Below are positions 47,836 through 58,823 of a stretch of 64,000 nt of DNA, piece after piece. The notes beneath the pieces are model-generated. The model was not told the origin of the DNA and did no database searches. It saw only the letters and a list, made by a program, of their open reading frames with translations. Every line of letters begins with the position of its first letter. Position 1 is the stretch's first letter. This stretch comes from Betaproteobacteria bacterium (GTDB lineage Bacteria > Pseudomonadota > Gammaproteobacteria > Burkholderiales > Casimicrobiaceae): NCBI GenBank assembly GCA_027492485.1, contig JAPUER010000079.1, positions 161,844 through 225,843 of the forward strand, given 5' to 3'. Position numbers and translations under genes: made by a program.

Positions 47836-48462
47836 TCAGTTGAGCCCGATGCGATCGAGCGCGCCGTTGCCAACGCGCAACACTTCCGGCGCGGCACCGG
47901 TCAGGTCGATCACCGTGGTCGCCTGTTCCGGGCTTTGCCCGGCGTCGATGATCAGCCCGAGGCTGGCCGGCATCCGCTCGGCGATCGCTTCGGGATCGTT
48001 CAGCGCCACCTCCTCGTTGGGCGGTATCAGCGTGGCCGAGAGAATCGGCTCGCCCAGTTCGGTCAGCAGTGCCTGCACCACCGGATGGTCCGGCACGCGC
48101 AGGCCCAGCGTCGCCCGTTTCGGGTGCAGCAGGCGCTTGGGCACCTCGCGGGTGCCTTCGAGGATGAAGGTGTAGGGGCCGGGGGTGGCCTGCTTGAGCA
48201 GGCGGAAGGCGCTGTTGTCGACGCGGGCGTATTTGCCAAGCTCGGAGAGATCGGCGCAGACGAGGGTCAGGTGGTGCTTGTCGTCGACGCCGCGCAGTTG
48301 TCGCAGCCGCCGCAAGGCATCGGCATCGCCGAGATGGCAGCCCAGTGCGTAGGAGCTGTCGGTCGGGTAGGCAATCACCGCACCGTCGCGCAGCATCTGC
48401 GCGGCCTGGCGGATCAGGCGAGGCTGCGGATTCTCCGGATGGACGTAAAAACGTTGCGTCAT
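47836..48462 (-). CDS. Sua5/YciO/YrdC family protein (YciO-like)
   Basis: HPENPQPRLI, YPTDSSYALGC, TPGPYTFIL and GLRVPDHP motifs. Confidence 0.92.
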   Translation of the reverse strand: MTQRFYVHPENPQPRLIRQAAQMLRDGAVIAYPTDSSYALGCHLGDADALRRLRQLRGVDDKHHLTLVCADLSELGKYARVDNSAFRLLKQATPGPYTFILEGTREVPKRLLHPKRATLGLRVPDHPVVQALLTELGEPILSATLIPPNEEVALNDPEAIAERMPASLGLIIDAGQSPEQATTVIDLTGAAPEVLRVGNGALDRIGLN

Positions 48463-48501
48463 AATATGCGTATTCTATCGTTGAATATGTGTGCCGTTGG
48501 C

Positions 48502-48645
48502 AGGACGCATGACGAAGGACGAATGACGCAAGCTTGCGTGCCGTCGTTCGCCGGAACGCCCGGATTCCCGGGGTCGATGTGTAGCGCCGCTGCACTCCGC
48601 GCCCCGGATTTCGCCATTCGTCCTTCGTCCTGCGTCTTTCGTCCT
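48502..48645. repeat. Inverted pair of heptameric short tandem repeats
   Basis: AGGACGCATGACGAAGGACGAATGACGCA ... CATTCGTCCTTCGTCCTGCGTCTTTCGTCCT. Confidence 0.7.
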
Positions 48646-48655
48646 TGCGAAGCAA

Positions 48656-49582
48656 ATGAACCTGCAACAAATCAAATTCGTGTGTGCCGTCGTCGAAAGC
48701 GGCTTCAGCGTGTCGGACGCGGCGGTGGCCTGCTACACCGCGCAGCCGGTGGTCAGCAAGCACATCAAGACGCTTGAGGACGAACTGGGCCTGAAAATCT
48801 TCGAACGCCGCGGCAAGCGCTTCACCGGCCTGACCCAGGCGGGCGAGGAGGCCTATGCCATCGCCAAGCGTCTGAACGGCGATGCGTCGAGCCTGAAGGC
48901 GCTGGCCTCGGACATGAGCAATGCCAAGGAAGGCGTGCTGACCATCGCCACCACGCATACCCAGGCGCGCTACGTGCTGCCGCGCGTGGTGACGCAGTTC
49001 GGCGCCAAGTATCCGGGCGTCAAGCTCAAGCTCAAGCAGGGCAATCCGAAGCAGTGCGCCGACTGGGTCGCCGGCAGCGAGGCCGATCTCGCCATCGCCA
49101 CCGAGGCGCTGTCGCTCGATCCGCTGCTGGTGACGCTGCCCTGCTATCGCTGGAACCGCTGCGTCATCGCGCCGCCGAAGCATCCACTGGCCAAGGAAAA
49201 AGTGCTCTCCATCGAAGCACTGGCGAAGTATCCGCTGATCACCTACGACACCGCGTTCACCGGCCGCTCGCAGGTGGACCGCGCGTTCGCCAGCGCCGGT
49301 TTTACGCCGAATGTGGCGCTGACGGCGCTCGATTCCGACGTGATCAAGACTTACGTGCGGCTGAACGTCGGCGTCGGCATTCTGGCCGAGATGGCCTACG
49401 AGCCGAAGGTCGACGCCGACCTCAAGCGGCTCGACGCCTCGCATCTGTTCGCGCCCTCGATCACCCGCGTCGGCCTGCGCCGCAACGCCTTCCTGCGCCG
49501 CTTCGCCTATGATTTCATCGTGATGTTTGCGCCGTCGCTGAAACGCACGGAAATCGAAGAGGCCGTTTTTGCCAAAGCCTGA
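48656..49582 (+). CDS. cysB: CysB/Cbl family LysR regulator
   Basis: MNLQQ, IATTHTQARY.LP, AIATEAL and LDSDVIKTYV motifs. Confidence 0.9.
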   Translation: MNLQQIKFVCAVVESGFSVSDAAVACYTAQPVVSKHIKTLEDELGLKIFERRGKRFTGLTQAGEEAYAIAKRLNGDASSLKALASDMSNAKEGVLTIATTHTQARYVLPRVVTQFGAKYPGVKLKLKQGNPKQCADWVAGSEADLAIATEALSLDPLLVTLPCYRWNRCVIAPPKHPLAKEKVLSIEALAKYPLITYDTAFTGRSQVDRAFASAGFTPNVALTALDSDVIKTYVRLNVGVGILAEMAYEPKVDADLKRLDASHLFAPSITRVGLRRNAFLRRFAYDFIVMFAPSLKRTEIEEAVFAKA

Positions 49583-50873
49583 TGCGCGTGATGTTGTAGC
49601 TGCTCCGGCACCGTCCCCAGTCTCCGATCCCCCGCCCGCTGCCAACGCCGAACTGATTGCCCGCTACGCCGACGGCCGCGAGCGGCTGAAACTCACCTGG
49701 CTGCTGGCGGCGCTGTCCATGCTGGGGCCGTTCTCGGTCGACACCTATCTGCCCGCGTTTCCGGCGATGGAGGCGGCGCTGCCGGCGACCGAGGTGCAGA
49801 TGCAGCTCACGCTGACGGTGTATTTCATCGGCTTTGCCGTGCTCTCGCTGTTCCACGGTGCGATCAGCGATTCGATCGGCCGCAAGCCGGTGATCGTCGG
49901 CAGCATCGTCGTTCACGCGCTGGCCTCCATCGGCTGCGCGCTGTCGCAGTCGATCGAGGCGTTGCTCGTGTTTCGTGCGGTGCAGGGCTGCTTCGCCGGC
50001 GCCGGCTTCGTGGTCGGGCGCGCCATCGTGCGCGACCTGTTCGCGGGCGCCGAGGCGCAGCGGCAGCTTTCGCGCATCCAGATGCTGTTTTCGGTGGCGC
50101 CCATCGTGGCGCCCATCCTCGGCGGCTGGCTGGTGGCGCACCTGGCGTGGCCGGCGATCTTCTGGCTGCTGGCCGGCTTTGGCCTGGTGCTGATGGTCTG
50201 GGCGCAGCTCGGACTGGTCGAATCGCATCCGGCCGAACATCGCCTGCTGCTGTCGGTGAAGCCGCTGGCGGCGACGTACTGGCAGATATTTTTCAACTGG
50301 GAGTTTCAGTTGTTGGCGGCGATTCCGGGTATCAACTTCGTCGCCTTTTTCACCTACATCGCCGGTGCGCCGGCCTTCCTGATGCGCCACCTCGGGCTGC
50401 GCAATACCGATTTTGCGCTGCTGTTCATCCCCGGCATTGCCGGCATCACGCTGGCGGCCTGGTGTTCCGGCCGGCTGGCGGGTAAGGTCAGCCACGAGCG
50501 GCAGATGCGCTGGGGCTTTTGCGTGATGGCGGGCGCCGCGCTGGCCAACCTCGCCGTCAGCTTGTGGCTGCCGGCCAGCGTTGTCTGGAACATTGCTCCG
50601 ATTGCCATCTATGCCTTTGGCATGGCCCTGATCAGCCCCTGCATCACGCTCAAACTGCTCGACGCTTTTGCCCATGCGCGGGGCAGCGTGTCGGCGCTGC
50701 AATCGGCGACCCACGTGGCGATGATGGCGATCACCACCGCGCTGATCGTGCCGTTCGCGCAGCAAAGCCTGCAGCGCTTTGCCGCCGTGATGATGGCCTC
50801 GGTGCTGGTGGGGGCCGTATTGTGGAAAATCTACCGCGTGACGCACCGTCCGGCGACGACTATCGCTACCTGA
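49569..50873 (+). CDS. Bcr/CflA family multidrug MFS transporter
   Basis: GPFSVDTYLPAFP, ISDSIGRKPV and APIVAP.LGG motifs; start uncertain. Confidence 0.9.
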   Translation: MPKPDARDVVAAPAPSPVSDPPPAANAELIARYADGRERLKLTWLLAALSMLGPFSVDTYLPAFPAMEAALPATEVQMQLTLTVYFIGFAVLSLFHGAISDSIGRKPVIVGSIVVHALASIGCALSQSIEALLVFRAVQGCFAGAGFVVGRAIVRDLFAGAEAQRQLSRIQMLFSVAPIVAPILGGWLVAHLAWPAIFWLLAGFGLVLMVWAQLGLVESHPAEHRLLLSVKPLAATYWQIFFNWEFQLLAAIPGINFVAFFTYIAGAPAFLMRHLGLRNTDFALLFIPGIAGITLAAWCSGRLAGKVSHERQMRWGFCVMAGAALANLAVSLWLPASVVWNIAPIAIYAFGMALISPCITLKLLDAFAHARGSVSALQSATHVAMMAITTALIVPFAQQSLQRFAAVMMASVLVGAVLWKIYRVTHRPATTIAT

Positions 50874-50887
50874 ACCGATCCCTGCCC

Positions 50888-51379
50888 ATGAAATCTCCCT
50901 GTTTTCGTGCTTTTCGTCGTTTTCTCGCCATCGCCATCGCCTTCGCGGTCGGCGGCGCGGCTTTGCTGCCGGCGCCGGCGGCGGCACAGGTCAACAAGGG
51001 CTTGCCGGTCATCGAGCTGACGATCGGCAAGGCCAAGCTGAAGGCCGAAGTGGCGGCGGACAACAATTCGCGCACCGTCGGGCTGATGAATCGCTTTTCG
51101 CTGCAACCCGATCACGGCATGCTGTTCGTGTTCGCGCAGAGCCAGCCGCTGGCGTTCTGGATGAAGAACACCTACGTGCCGCTGTCGATTGCCTACATCG
51201 ACGGCCGCGGCGCCATCGTCAACATCATGGACATGAAGCCGCACGACGAATCCACCCATCCTTCGGCCGGCCCGGCGCTATATGCGCTGGAGATGAAGCA
51301 GGGCTGGTTCAAGGATCGCGGCATCGTCGCCGGCGACCGCGTCGTCGGGCTCGATCTGGCGGGCAAGGCGAAGCAGTAG
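50888..51379 (+). CDS. DUF192 family exported protein
   Basis: AEVA...GLMNR..L..DHGMLFVF...FWMKNT..PLSIAYID. Confidence 0.9.
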   Translation: MKSPCFRAFRRFLAIAIAFAVGGAALLPAPAAAQVNKGLPVIELTIGKAKLKAEVAADNNSRTVGLMNRFSLQPDHGMLFVFAQSQPLAFWMKNTYVPLSIAYIDGRGAIVNIMDMKPHDESTHPSAGPALYALEMKQGWFKDRGIVAGDRVVGLDLAGKAKQ

Positions 51380-51421
51380 GCGCCGCGCCGCGCGCCGCGG
51401 TCGAAACCGCCCGCACCGGCA

Positions 51422-51540
51422 GCGGCTTTTCGCTGTATGCGTTGTTCCGTATGGGCTCAGCGCGTGAATTTCGGGAAGTCGACATTGGCGATTTTTGCGC
51501 TCTATGCGCCTATGAACTTCGCATTTCGCCCAGAAGCTGT
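51422..51540. repeat. Dyad intergenic element copy F
   Basis: GCGGCTTTT-N12-TGTTCCGTATGGGCT-N7-TGAATTTC-N5-GTCGAC(51478-51483), then 57 nt ending AGAAGCTGT. Confidence 0.75.
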
Positions 51541-51589
51541 TATTCGCGATGATCGGTCGGCGCCGCGGTCGCCATGAAAGAATGTCGCC

Positions 51590-52624
51590 ATGCAAACCGA
51601 AGTCGTCCTGCCCAAACACGTCCCGATTGCCTACAGCACGCGCGGCGTTGCCATCGAAAACGTCTTTTACGGCTCCGTCGCAGTGGTCGACCGCGACGGC
51701 CGGCTGCTCGCCCACGCCGGCGACGTCGACTACCCGATCTTCACCCGCTCCGCGCTGAAACCCTTGCAGGCCCTGCCGCTGGTGGCCAACCCGCGCTTTG
51801 CCGAGTACGCCTTGACGGCGGCCGAAATCGCGCTGCTCTGCTCCAGTCACAACGGGGAGCCGATCCACGCCGAGACCGCCGCCCGGCTGCTGGCGAAAGT
51901 GGGTCTGACCGACGCCGCGCTGCAATGCGGCAGCCACACGCCGTACTGGTACCAGTGGAACAACGAGCGGCCGGACCCCGACCGCCGCTGGAGCCCGCTG
52001 TTCCACAATTGCTCGGGCAAACATTCCGGGATGCTGCTGGAGGCGAAGCTGCTGGCGGCGCCGGCCGAGCACTATCTCGACCGCGACAGCCCGGTGCAGC
52101 TCGCCATCCGCGACGCCGTCGCCTATGCGTGTGGAGCAGACGATGCCGCCGCCATGCCCTGGGGCACCGACGGTTGCAGCGCGCCGAACTACGCGGTGCC
52201 GCTGGCCGGTCTCGCCCGCGCCTTCGCGTGGCTAACGCGCGACGACGCCGACGCCCGCTACGGCCGCGCACCGAAAACGCTGTTCGACGCCATGGCGCAA
52301 CACCCGGAAATGGTCTCCGGGGCCGGCCGCAGCGATCTCGCGCTGGCCACCGCCGGGCGCGGCGACTGGGCGACCAAGGTCGGCGCCGATGGCGTGCAGA
52401 CGCTGGCCAGCCGTTCGCGCGGCATCGGCATCGCCGCCAAGGTCAGCGACGGCAACCTGAAGGCCCTGATGGTGGCCTTTTGCAGCGTGCTGGAGCAACT
52501 GGGCATGCTCGACGACGCCGCGCGGACGGTACTTGCCGGCTGGGCGCGGGTGCCGATCAAATCGATCCGCGGCATTGAAGTGGGCGCCATCGAACCCCAT
52601 GTGCGGTTGACGCGGGCGGCGTAG
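51590..52624 (+). CDS. Rhizobium-type (AnsA/ReAV-like) L-asparaginase family protein
   Basis: RSALKP.QA, CSSHNGE, HNCSGKH, DGCSAP and KVGADG motifs. Confidence 0.88.
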   Translation: MQTEVVLPKHVPIAYSTRGVAIENVFYGSVAVVDRDGRLLAHAGDVDYPIFTRSALKPLQALPLVANPRFAEYALTAAEIALLCSSHNGEPIHAETAARLLAKVGLTDAALQCGSHTPYWYQWNNERPDPDRRWSPLFHNCSGKHSGMLLEAKLLAAPAEHYLDRDSPVQLAIRDAVAYACGADDAAAMPWGTDGCSAPNYAVPLAGLARAFAWLTRDDADARYGRAPKTLFDAMAQHPEMVSGAGRSDLALATAGRGDWATKVGADGVQTLASRSRGIGIAAKVSDGNLKALMVAFCSVLEQLGMLDDAARTVLAGWARVPIKSIRGIEVGAIEPHVRLTRAA

Positions 52625-52643
52625 CTGGCCGGCGGCCGGCAGT

Positions 52644-52670
52644 GAACTTTGCCCCGCCTGGCCGGTCAGT
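52644..52670 (+). promoter_or_regulatory. Sigma-E-type promoter upstream of rpoE (autoregulatory)
   Basis: GAACTT-16 nt-TCAGT matches the sigmaE/AlgU consensus. Confidence 0.65.
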
Positions 52671-52737
52671 AGCGTAGACCGGTTGCGCGGGCGCTGACAT
52701 CGCCGCGGCAGACAGAATAAAAAAAGGGAACTCGCCG

Positions 52738-53346
52738 ATGAGCGACCGGGTGGTCGATCAGGAACTTGTTGAACGTGTACAGGCAGGCGATAAACGTGCC
52801 TTCGATTTGCTCGTCCTCAAATACCAGCGCAAGGTGCAGCGGCTGGTGGCGCGCTTTGTGCGCGACCAGGGCGAAATCGACGACGTGGTCCAGGAAGCGT
52901 TCATCAAGGCCTATCGGGCGCTGCCGAGCTTCCGTGGCGACGCGGCGTTTTATACGTGGATTTACCGGATCGCCATCAATTGCGCCAAGAATTACCTGGC
53001 CAGCCCCGGCCGCCGCATCATCCCGCAAAGCGACCTGTTGTCGGAGGACGACGACGATGCGGAATCTTTTGACCGCAACGATGGTCTACACGATGTTGCC
53101 ACACCGGACGCCGAATACGCCAGCAAGCAGATTGCGGAAACGGTCAATCGGGCGATGGCAGCGCTGCCCGAGGATTTGCGGACGGCAGTGACGCTGCGGG
53201 AAATTGAGGGCTTGAGTTACGAAGAGATCGCAGAGGCGATGGATTGTCCGATCGGAACGGTGCGCAGCCGCATCTTCCGGGCACGGGAGGCAATCGCGAC
53301 CGAACTGCGGCCGTTGTTGGGAACACGGGAAGACAGGAGATGGTAG
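52738..53346 (+). CDS. rpoE: ECF sigma factor RpoE
   Basis: DQELVERVQAGDKRAFDLLV.KYQ, FYTW.YRIA.N and CPIGTVRSRIFRAR. Confidence 0.97.
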   Translation: MSDRVVDQELVERVQAGDKRAFDLLVLKYQRKVQRLVARFVRDQGEIDDVVQEAFIKAYRALPSFRGDAAFYTWIYRIAINCAKNYLASPGRRIIPQSDLLSEDDDDAESFDRNDGLHDVATPDAEYASKQIAETVNRAMAALPEDLRTAVTLREIEGLSYEEIAEAMDCPIGTVRSRIFRAREAIATELRPLLGTREDRRW

Positions 53347-53348
53347 GG

Positions 53349-53951
53349 ATGAACGGCAACACTGAAGGCAGATCGGGCGTCGCGGACATGCCGCTGGCGA
53401 CCCGGGAACAGATTTCGCGCTGGCTCGACGGCGACATCGCGTCGCATGAGATCGAGCTGGCCATGACCACGCTGGCACAGCAGGACGGCCGCTATTGCTG
53501 GGCCGAGATGCACTTTGTCGGCGATTGCATCCGCGGCCTGGAAAACACACCGCATGGCTGTGCCGACCGCATTCGCGCGGTGATCGCCACGGAGCCGGCC
53601 ATCGTGGCCCCGCTCGCCCGCCAGGCACGCGAAGCGCGTGAAGCCGCCGCGCACAAGCAGCGCGGCGTGATGGCGGCGATGACTTCGATGGGCCGCGGTG
53701 GCCGCGCCTGGGCGACGGCGGCGGCGGTGGCAGCGGTCGGTTTTGTCGGCACCGTCGTCTACAAGGACATGGCGGGACCGGCCGGGCTGGTCGCAGCCGG
53801 GCCCGGCCCGGTGGCGGCGACGCCCGCCGCGGCACGTCCGGCACAGGACATCGCCGCGCTTGAACAGGCACACCGCGAAAGCGCCGATTTCGTCAGCATG
53901 TCGCCGATGCGCCAGTACCTGCGTCCGGCGGTCGTCGTTCAGGGTCAATAG
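53349..53951 (+). CDS. rseA: Anti-sigma factor RseA/MucA
   Basis: EQISRWLDG...W...HFVGDCIR N-domain, one TM, located after rpoE. Confidence 0.82.
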   Translation: MNGNTEGRSGVADMPLATREQISRWLDGDIASHEIELAMTTLAQQDGRYCWAEMHFVGDCIRGLENTPHGCADRIRAVIATEPAIVAPLARQAREAREAAAHKQRGVMAAMTSMGRGGRAWATAAAVAAVGFVGTVVYKDMAGPAGLVAAGPGPVAATPAAARPAQDIAALEQAHRESADFVSMSPMRQYLRPAVVVQGQ

Positions 53952-53965
53952 AAGGTTCCATCGTT

Positions 53966-55066
53966 GTGACTGCTGCCGTGACCGTGACGACCCTGACCTC
54001 GTTTGCTGCCCGTCTCGAACGGGCGACCCGATCCACCGCCCACCGTCTCGCCCGCGTCCCCGTGCTGGCGGCGGCGCTGGTGGGCGGCTCCGGCGCGACG
54101 CTGCCGGGCATCGCCCTGGCGCAAAACGGCGGTTTTCCGCTGCCTTCCTCGCAAGCGGTCAGCTCGGTGCCGAGCGTCGGCCAGATCCTGCAGCAGGCCG
54201 CCAACGCCGCGTCCTCGCTCAACTACTCGGGCACCATCACCTATCAGCGCCGTGGCGCCGCCGAGACCTCCCGTATCGTGCACTTGTTTGAAAACGGCGT
54301 GGAGATGGAGCGCATTACCACGCTCGATGGTCCGCCCTATGAGGTGATACGGGTCAACGACGAACTGACCTGTTACCTGCCGGAGGCGCGACTGATTCGC
54401 ATCGAGCCGCGCACCGGGCGGCAGGGCTTTCCGTCACTGCTGCCGCGCCAGATGACCACGCTGGCGCAGCAGTTCACGGTGAAGAAGCTCGAGATCGAGC
54501 GCGTTGCCGGCCACGATGCGCAGGTGTGGATGTTCGAGCCCAACGACGAGTTCCGCTTCTGGCACAAGCTCTGGACCGAGTTGAAGACTGGCCTCTGGCT
54601 GCGCGGTCGAGTGCTTGACGAGGCGGGCAAGGTGATCGAGGAAATTACCTTCAGCGACATCCGCATCGGCGGTCGCATCGACCGCGAGCAGTTGAAGCCA
54701 ACGCTCGTCAACAATATTGCAAACTGGCGGGTCGACCGCAAACTGCCGATCAATGCTGTCAAGACCGACACCGGCTGGATCGCCAGACTGCTGCCGACCG
54801 GTTTCGTCAAGATCGGTGAAACCTTCATGCGGGCGCTGCCGGGGCGCACCGAGCCGGTCTCGCAACTGGTGTATTCCGACGGTTTGACCTCGGTGTCCGT
54901 CTACGCAGCACCACTGGCAGCCGGCGAGACCCCGGCGGTCGGCCCCAGCGTGCAGGGCTCGCACCAGGTATTTACGCGGCAGGTGAACGATCAACTGATT
55001 ACTGCCTTCGGCGATGCCCGCCCGGCGGCAGTGAAGGCGATCGCGAATTCGCTGGCGCGCAAGTAG
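53966..55066 (+). CDS. rseB: RseB/MucB periplasmic regulator
   Basis: LNYSGT, LDGPPYEVIR..DE and QLVYSDGLTSVSVY motifs. Confidence 0.9.
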   Translation: MTAAVTVTTLTSFAARLERATRSTAHRLARVPVLAAALVGGSGATLPGIALAQNGGFPLPSSQAVSSVPSVGQILQQAANAASSLNYSGTITYQRRGAAETSRIVHLFENGVEMERITTLDGPPYEVIRVNDELTCYLPEARLIRIEPRTGRQGFPSLLPRQMTTLAQQFTVKKLEIERVAGHDAQVWMFEPNDEFRFWHKLWTELKTGLWLRGRVLDEAGKVIEEITFSDIRIGGRIDREQLKPTLVNNIANWRVDRKLPINAVKTDTGWIARLLPTGFVKIGETFMRALPGRTEPVSQLVYSDGLTSVSVYAAPLAAGETPAVGPSVQGSHQVFTRQVNDQLITAFGDARPAAVKAIANSLARK

Positions 55067-55185
55067 ATCTAGATCTGTCCGTCCGTGCGATCGTGGTTCC
55101 CGACATGCCGTCTGAAAACCCCGAAGCACGCCATTTCCGTTCAATGTCCGCGTTGCGTTCACGTCAAGTTTTCAGGAGAAAAACC

Positions 55186-56736
55186 GTGAAGAAATCAATC
55201 ATTGCTTCCCTCTTGGCCGTCGCCGCGCTTGGCGTCACGGTGGCCGCCTTCACCTCGCCGCACGGCGCCGCAGTCGCGCAGTCGCAGATTGCCGCGCAGA
55301 GCGCGGCGGTCGCCCAGGCGCCGCAGGGCTTGCCCGACTTCGTTTCGCTGTACGAGCGAAACAGCCCGTCAGTGGTGTCGATCAGCGTCAGCAGCACGCC
55401 CGGTCGCAACCGTGCCCGCGGCAACGACGACAACGCGACGCCCGACCGCGAGGACATGGAGGAATTCTTCCGCCGCTACTTCGGTCAGGGTCAGGGCCGC
55501 GGCGCGCCCCGCAATTTCCGCCGGCAAGGCGGCGGCTCCGGCTTCATCATTTCGTCCGACGGCATGATCGTCACCAATAGCCACGTGGTCGAAGACGCCG
55601 ACGAGGTGCTGGTGAAACTGACCGACAAGCGCGAGTTCAAAGCCAAAGTGCTCGGCTCCGACAAGCGCTCCGACGTGGCCGTCATCAAGATCGATGCCAC
55701 CGGTCTGCCAGCCGTCAAGATCGGCAATCCCGCCAATCTGAAAATCGGCGAATGGGTTGCCGCCATCGGGCAGCCGCTCGGGTTCGAGAGCACGCTCACC
55801 ACGGGCGTTGTGAGCGCCAAGGGCCGTGCCAGCCGCGGCAACGACGCGACGGGCGACCTCGTGCCCTTCATTCAGCACGACGCCGCCGTCAATCCCGGCA
55901 ATTCGGGTGGGCCGCTGTTCAATACGCGCGGCGAAGTGGTCGCCATCAATTCGATGATCGCGACCGTCAGCGGCGGCTTCCAGGGCATTTCGTTTGCCAT
56001 TCCGATCGATCTGGCGATGGATGTCGTGGGCCAGTTGCGTGCCGGCGGCTCGGTGAAACGCGGCATGCTGGGCGTCAATATCGGCCCGGTGACTCGCGAT
56101 CTGGCCGACGCGTTCGGGCTGGCGAAGCCACAGGGCGCCCTCGTCGCCGGCGTCACCAAAGGTAGCGCTGCCGAGAAGGCGGGCATCAAGGAAGGCGATG
56201 TGGTGCTCAGGTTCAATGACCGTGCCGTCGAGGACTCGCGCGATCTGCCGCGCTACGTGACCTCCGCCCGTCCCGGCACGCCTTCGAGGGTGCAAGTATG
56301 GCGCGACGGCAAGACCATGGAGCTGAACGTCACGCTCGACGAGTACAAGGACACCACCCAGGTTGCCTCCGTGCAGCCCGGCGCTTCGGGCAAGAAGGAA
56401 GCGGCCAAGTCCGATGCCACCAGCGACGAGCGCCTTGGCCTGATGCTGCGCCCGCTGACCGAAAAGGAACGCGAAAGCGCCAAGCTGGCGCACGGCGGCG
56501 CGGTGGTTGCCGAACTGTCGGACAAATCGACCGCCGAGGCGCTCAACAAGGGCGACATCATCGTCGGCGTTACCCGCAAGGGCAAATCGACGGCGGTCAC
56601 CGGACCGGGGCAACTGGCCGAGCTGATCAAGTCCGCCGAGAAAGGCTCGACACTGGCGTTCCGGGTCAAACGGCCCAGCGACCGCGCCGGCAGCGAATAC
56701 AACGAATTCTTCGCGCCGGAAAAGCTGCCCGAGTGA
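55186..56736 (+). CDS. DegP/DegQ/MucD-like serine endoprotease
   Basis: GSGFII, VTNSHVV, SDVAVIK, NPGNSGGPL and two PDZ domains; GTG start after AGGAG. Confidence 0.93.
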   Translation: MKKSIIASLLAVAALGVTVAAFTSPHGAAVAQSQIAAQSAAVAQAPQGLPDFVSLYERNSPSVVSISVSSTPGRNRARGNDDNATPDREDMEEFFRRYFGQGQGRGAPRNFRRQGGGSGFIISSDGMIVTNSHVVEDADEVLVKLTDKREFKAKVLGSDKRSDVAVIKIDATGLPAVKIGNPANLKIGEWVAAIGQPLGFESTLTTGVVSAKGRASRGNDATGDLVPFIQHDAAVNPGNSGGPLFNTRGEVVAINSMIATVSGGFQGISFAIPIDLAMDVVGQLRAGGSVKRGMLGVNIGPVTRDLADAFGLAKPQGALVAGVTKGSAAEKAGIKEGDVVLRFNDRAVEDSRDLPRYVTSARPGTPSRVQVWRDGKTMELNVTLDEYKDTTQVASVQPGASGKKEAAKSDATSDERLGLMLRPLTEKERESAKLAHGGAVVAELSDKSTAEALNKGDIIVGVTRKGKSTAVTGPGQLAELIKSAEKGSTLAFRVKRPSDRAGSEYNEFFAPEKLPE

Positions 56737-56855
56737 TGCCTGCCGACAGCGCCAGCGGGAAAGCGGCAAGACGCTAAAATCAACGGCTAGCCACGAAAAG
56801 GCCAACGGGATCGACCAGCGAGTCGGCGCCCGGTGGCCTTTTCCATTTTTCTCGC

Positions 56856-58649
<1,794 letters not shown>

Positions 58650-58823
58650 TGGGCGAGCGCACGATACCGTTCACGCCGCCGACGGACGATTCGTCGCAAT
58701 GTGTCCCGTCGAGCGCCCAACGTCGCAAAATGGTTCGCACACACCGCGCCAGCCACTTGGCGCCGGACATTTTGAACTGAATATTTTGGCCAAACGCCAC
58801 CACCGTTTTTCGCACCGACCGAC

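Noticed and set aside
47069-49645. 858-aa minus-strand ORF
   Set aside because: Artefact: antisense of cysB plus an off-frame read of yciO; only 47069-47725 (own RBS) is a real gene.
3968-51540. Dyad elements or REP doublets as a CRISPR array or integron attC sites
   Set aside because: Copies are dispersed rather than tandem, there are no cas or intI genes, and no RYYYAAC/GTTRRRY ends.
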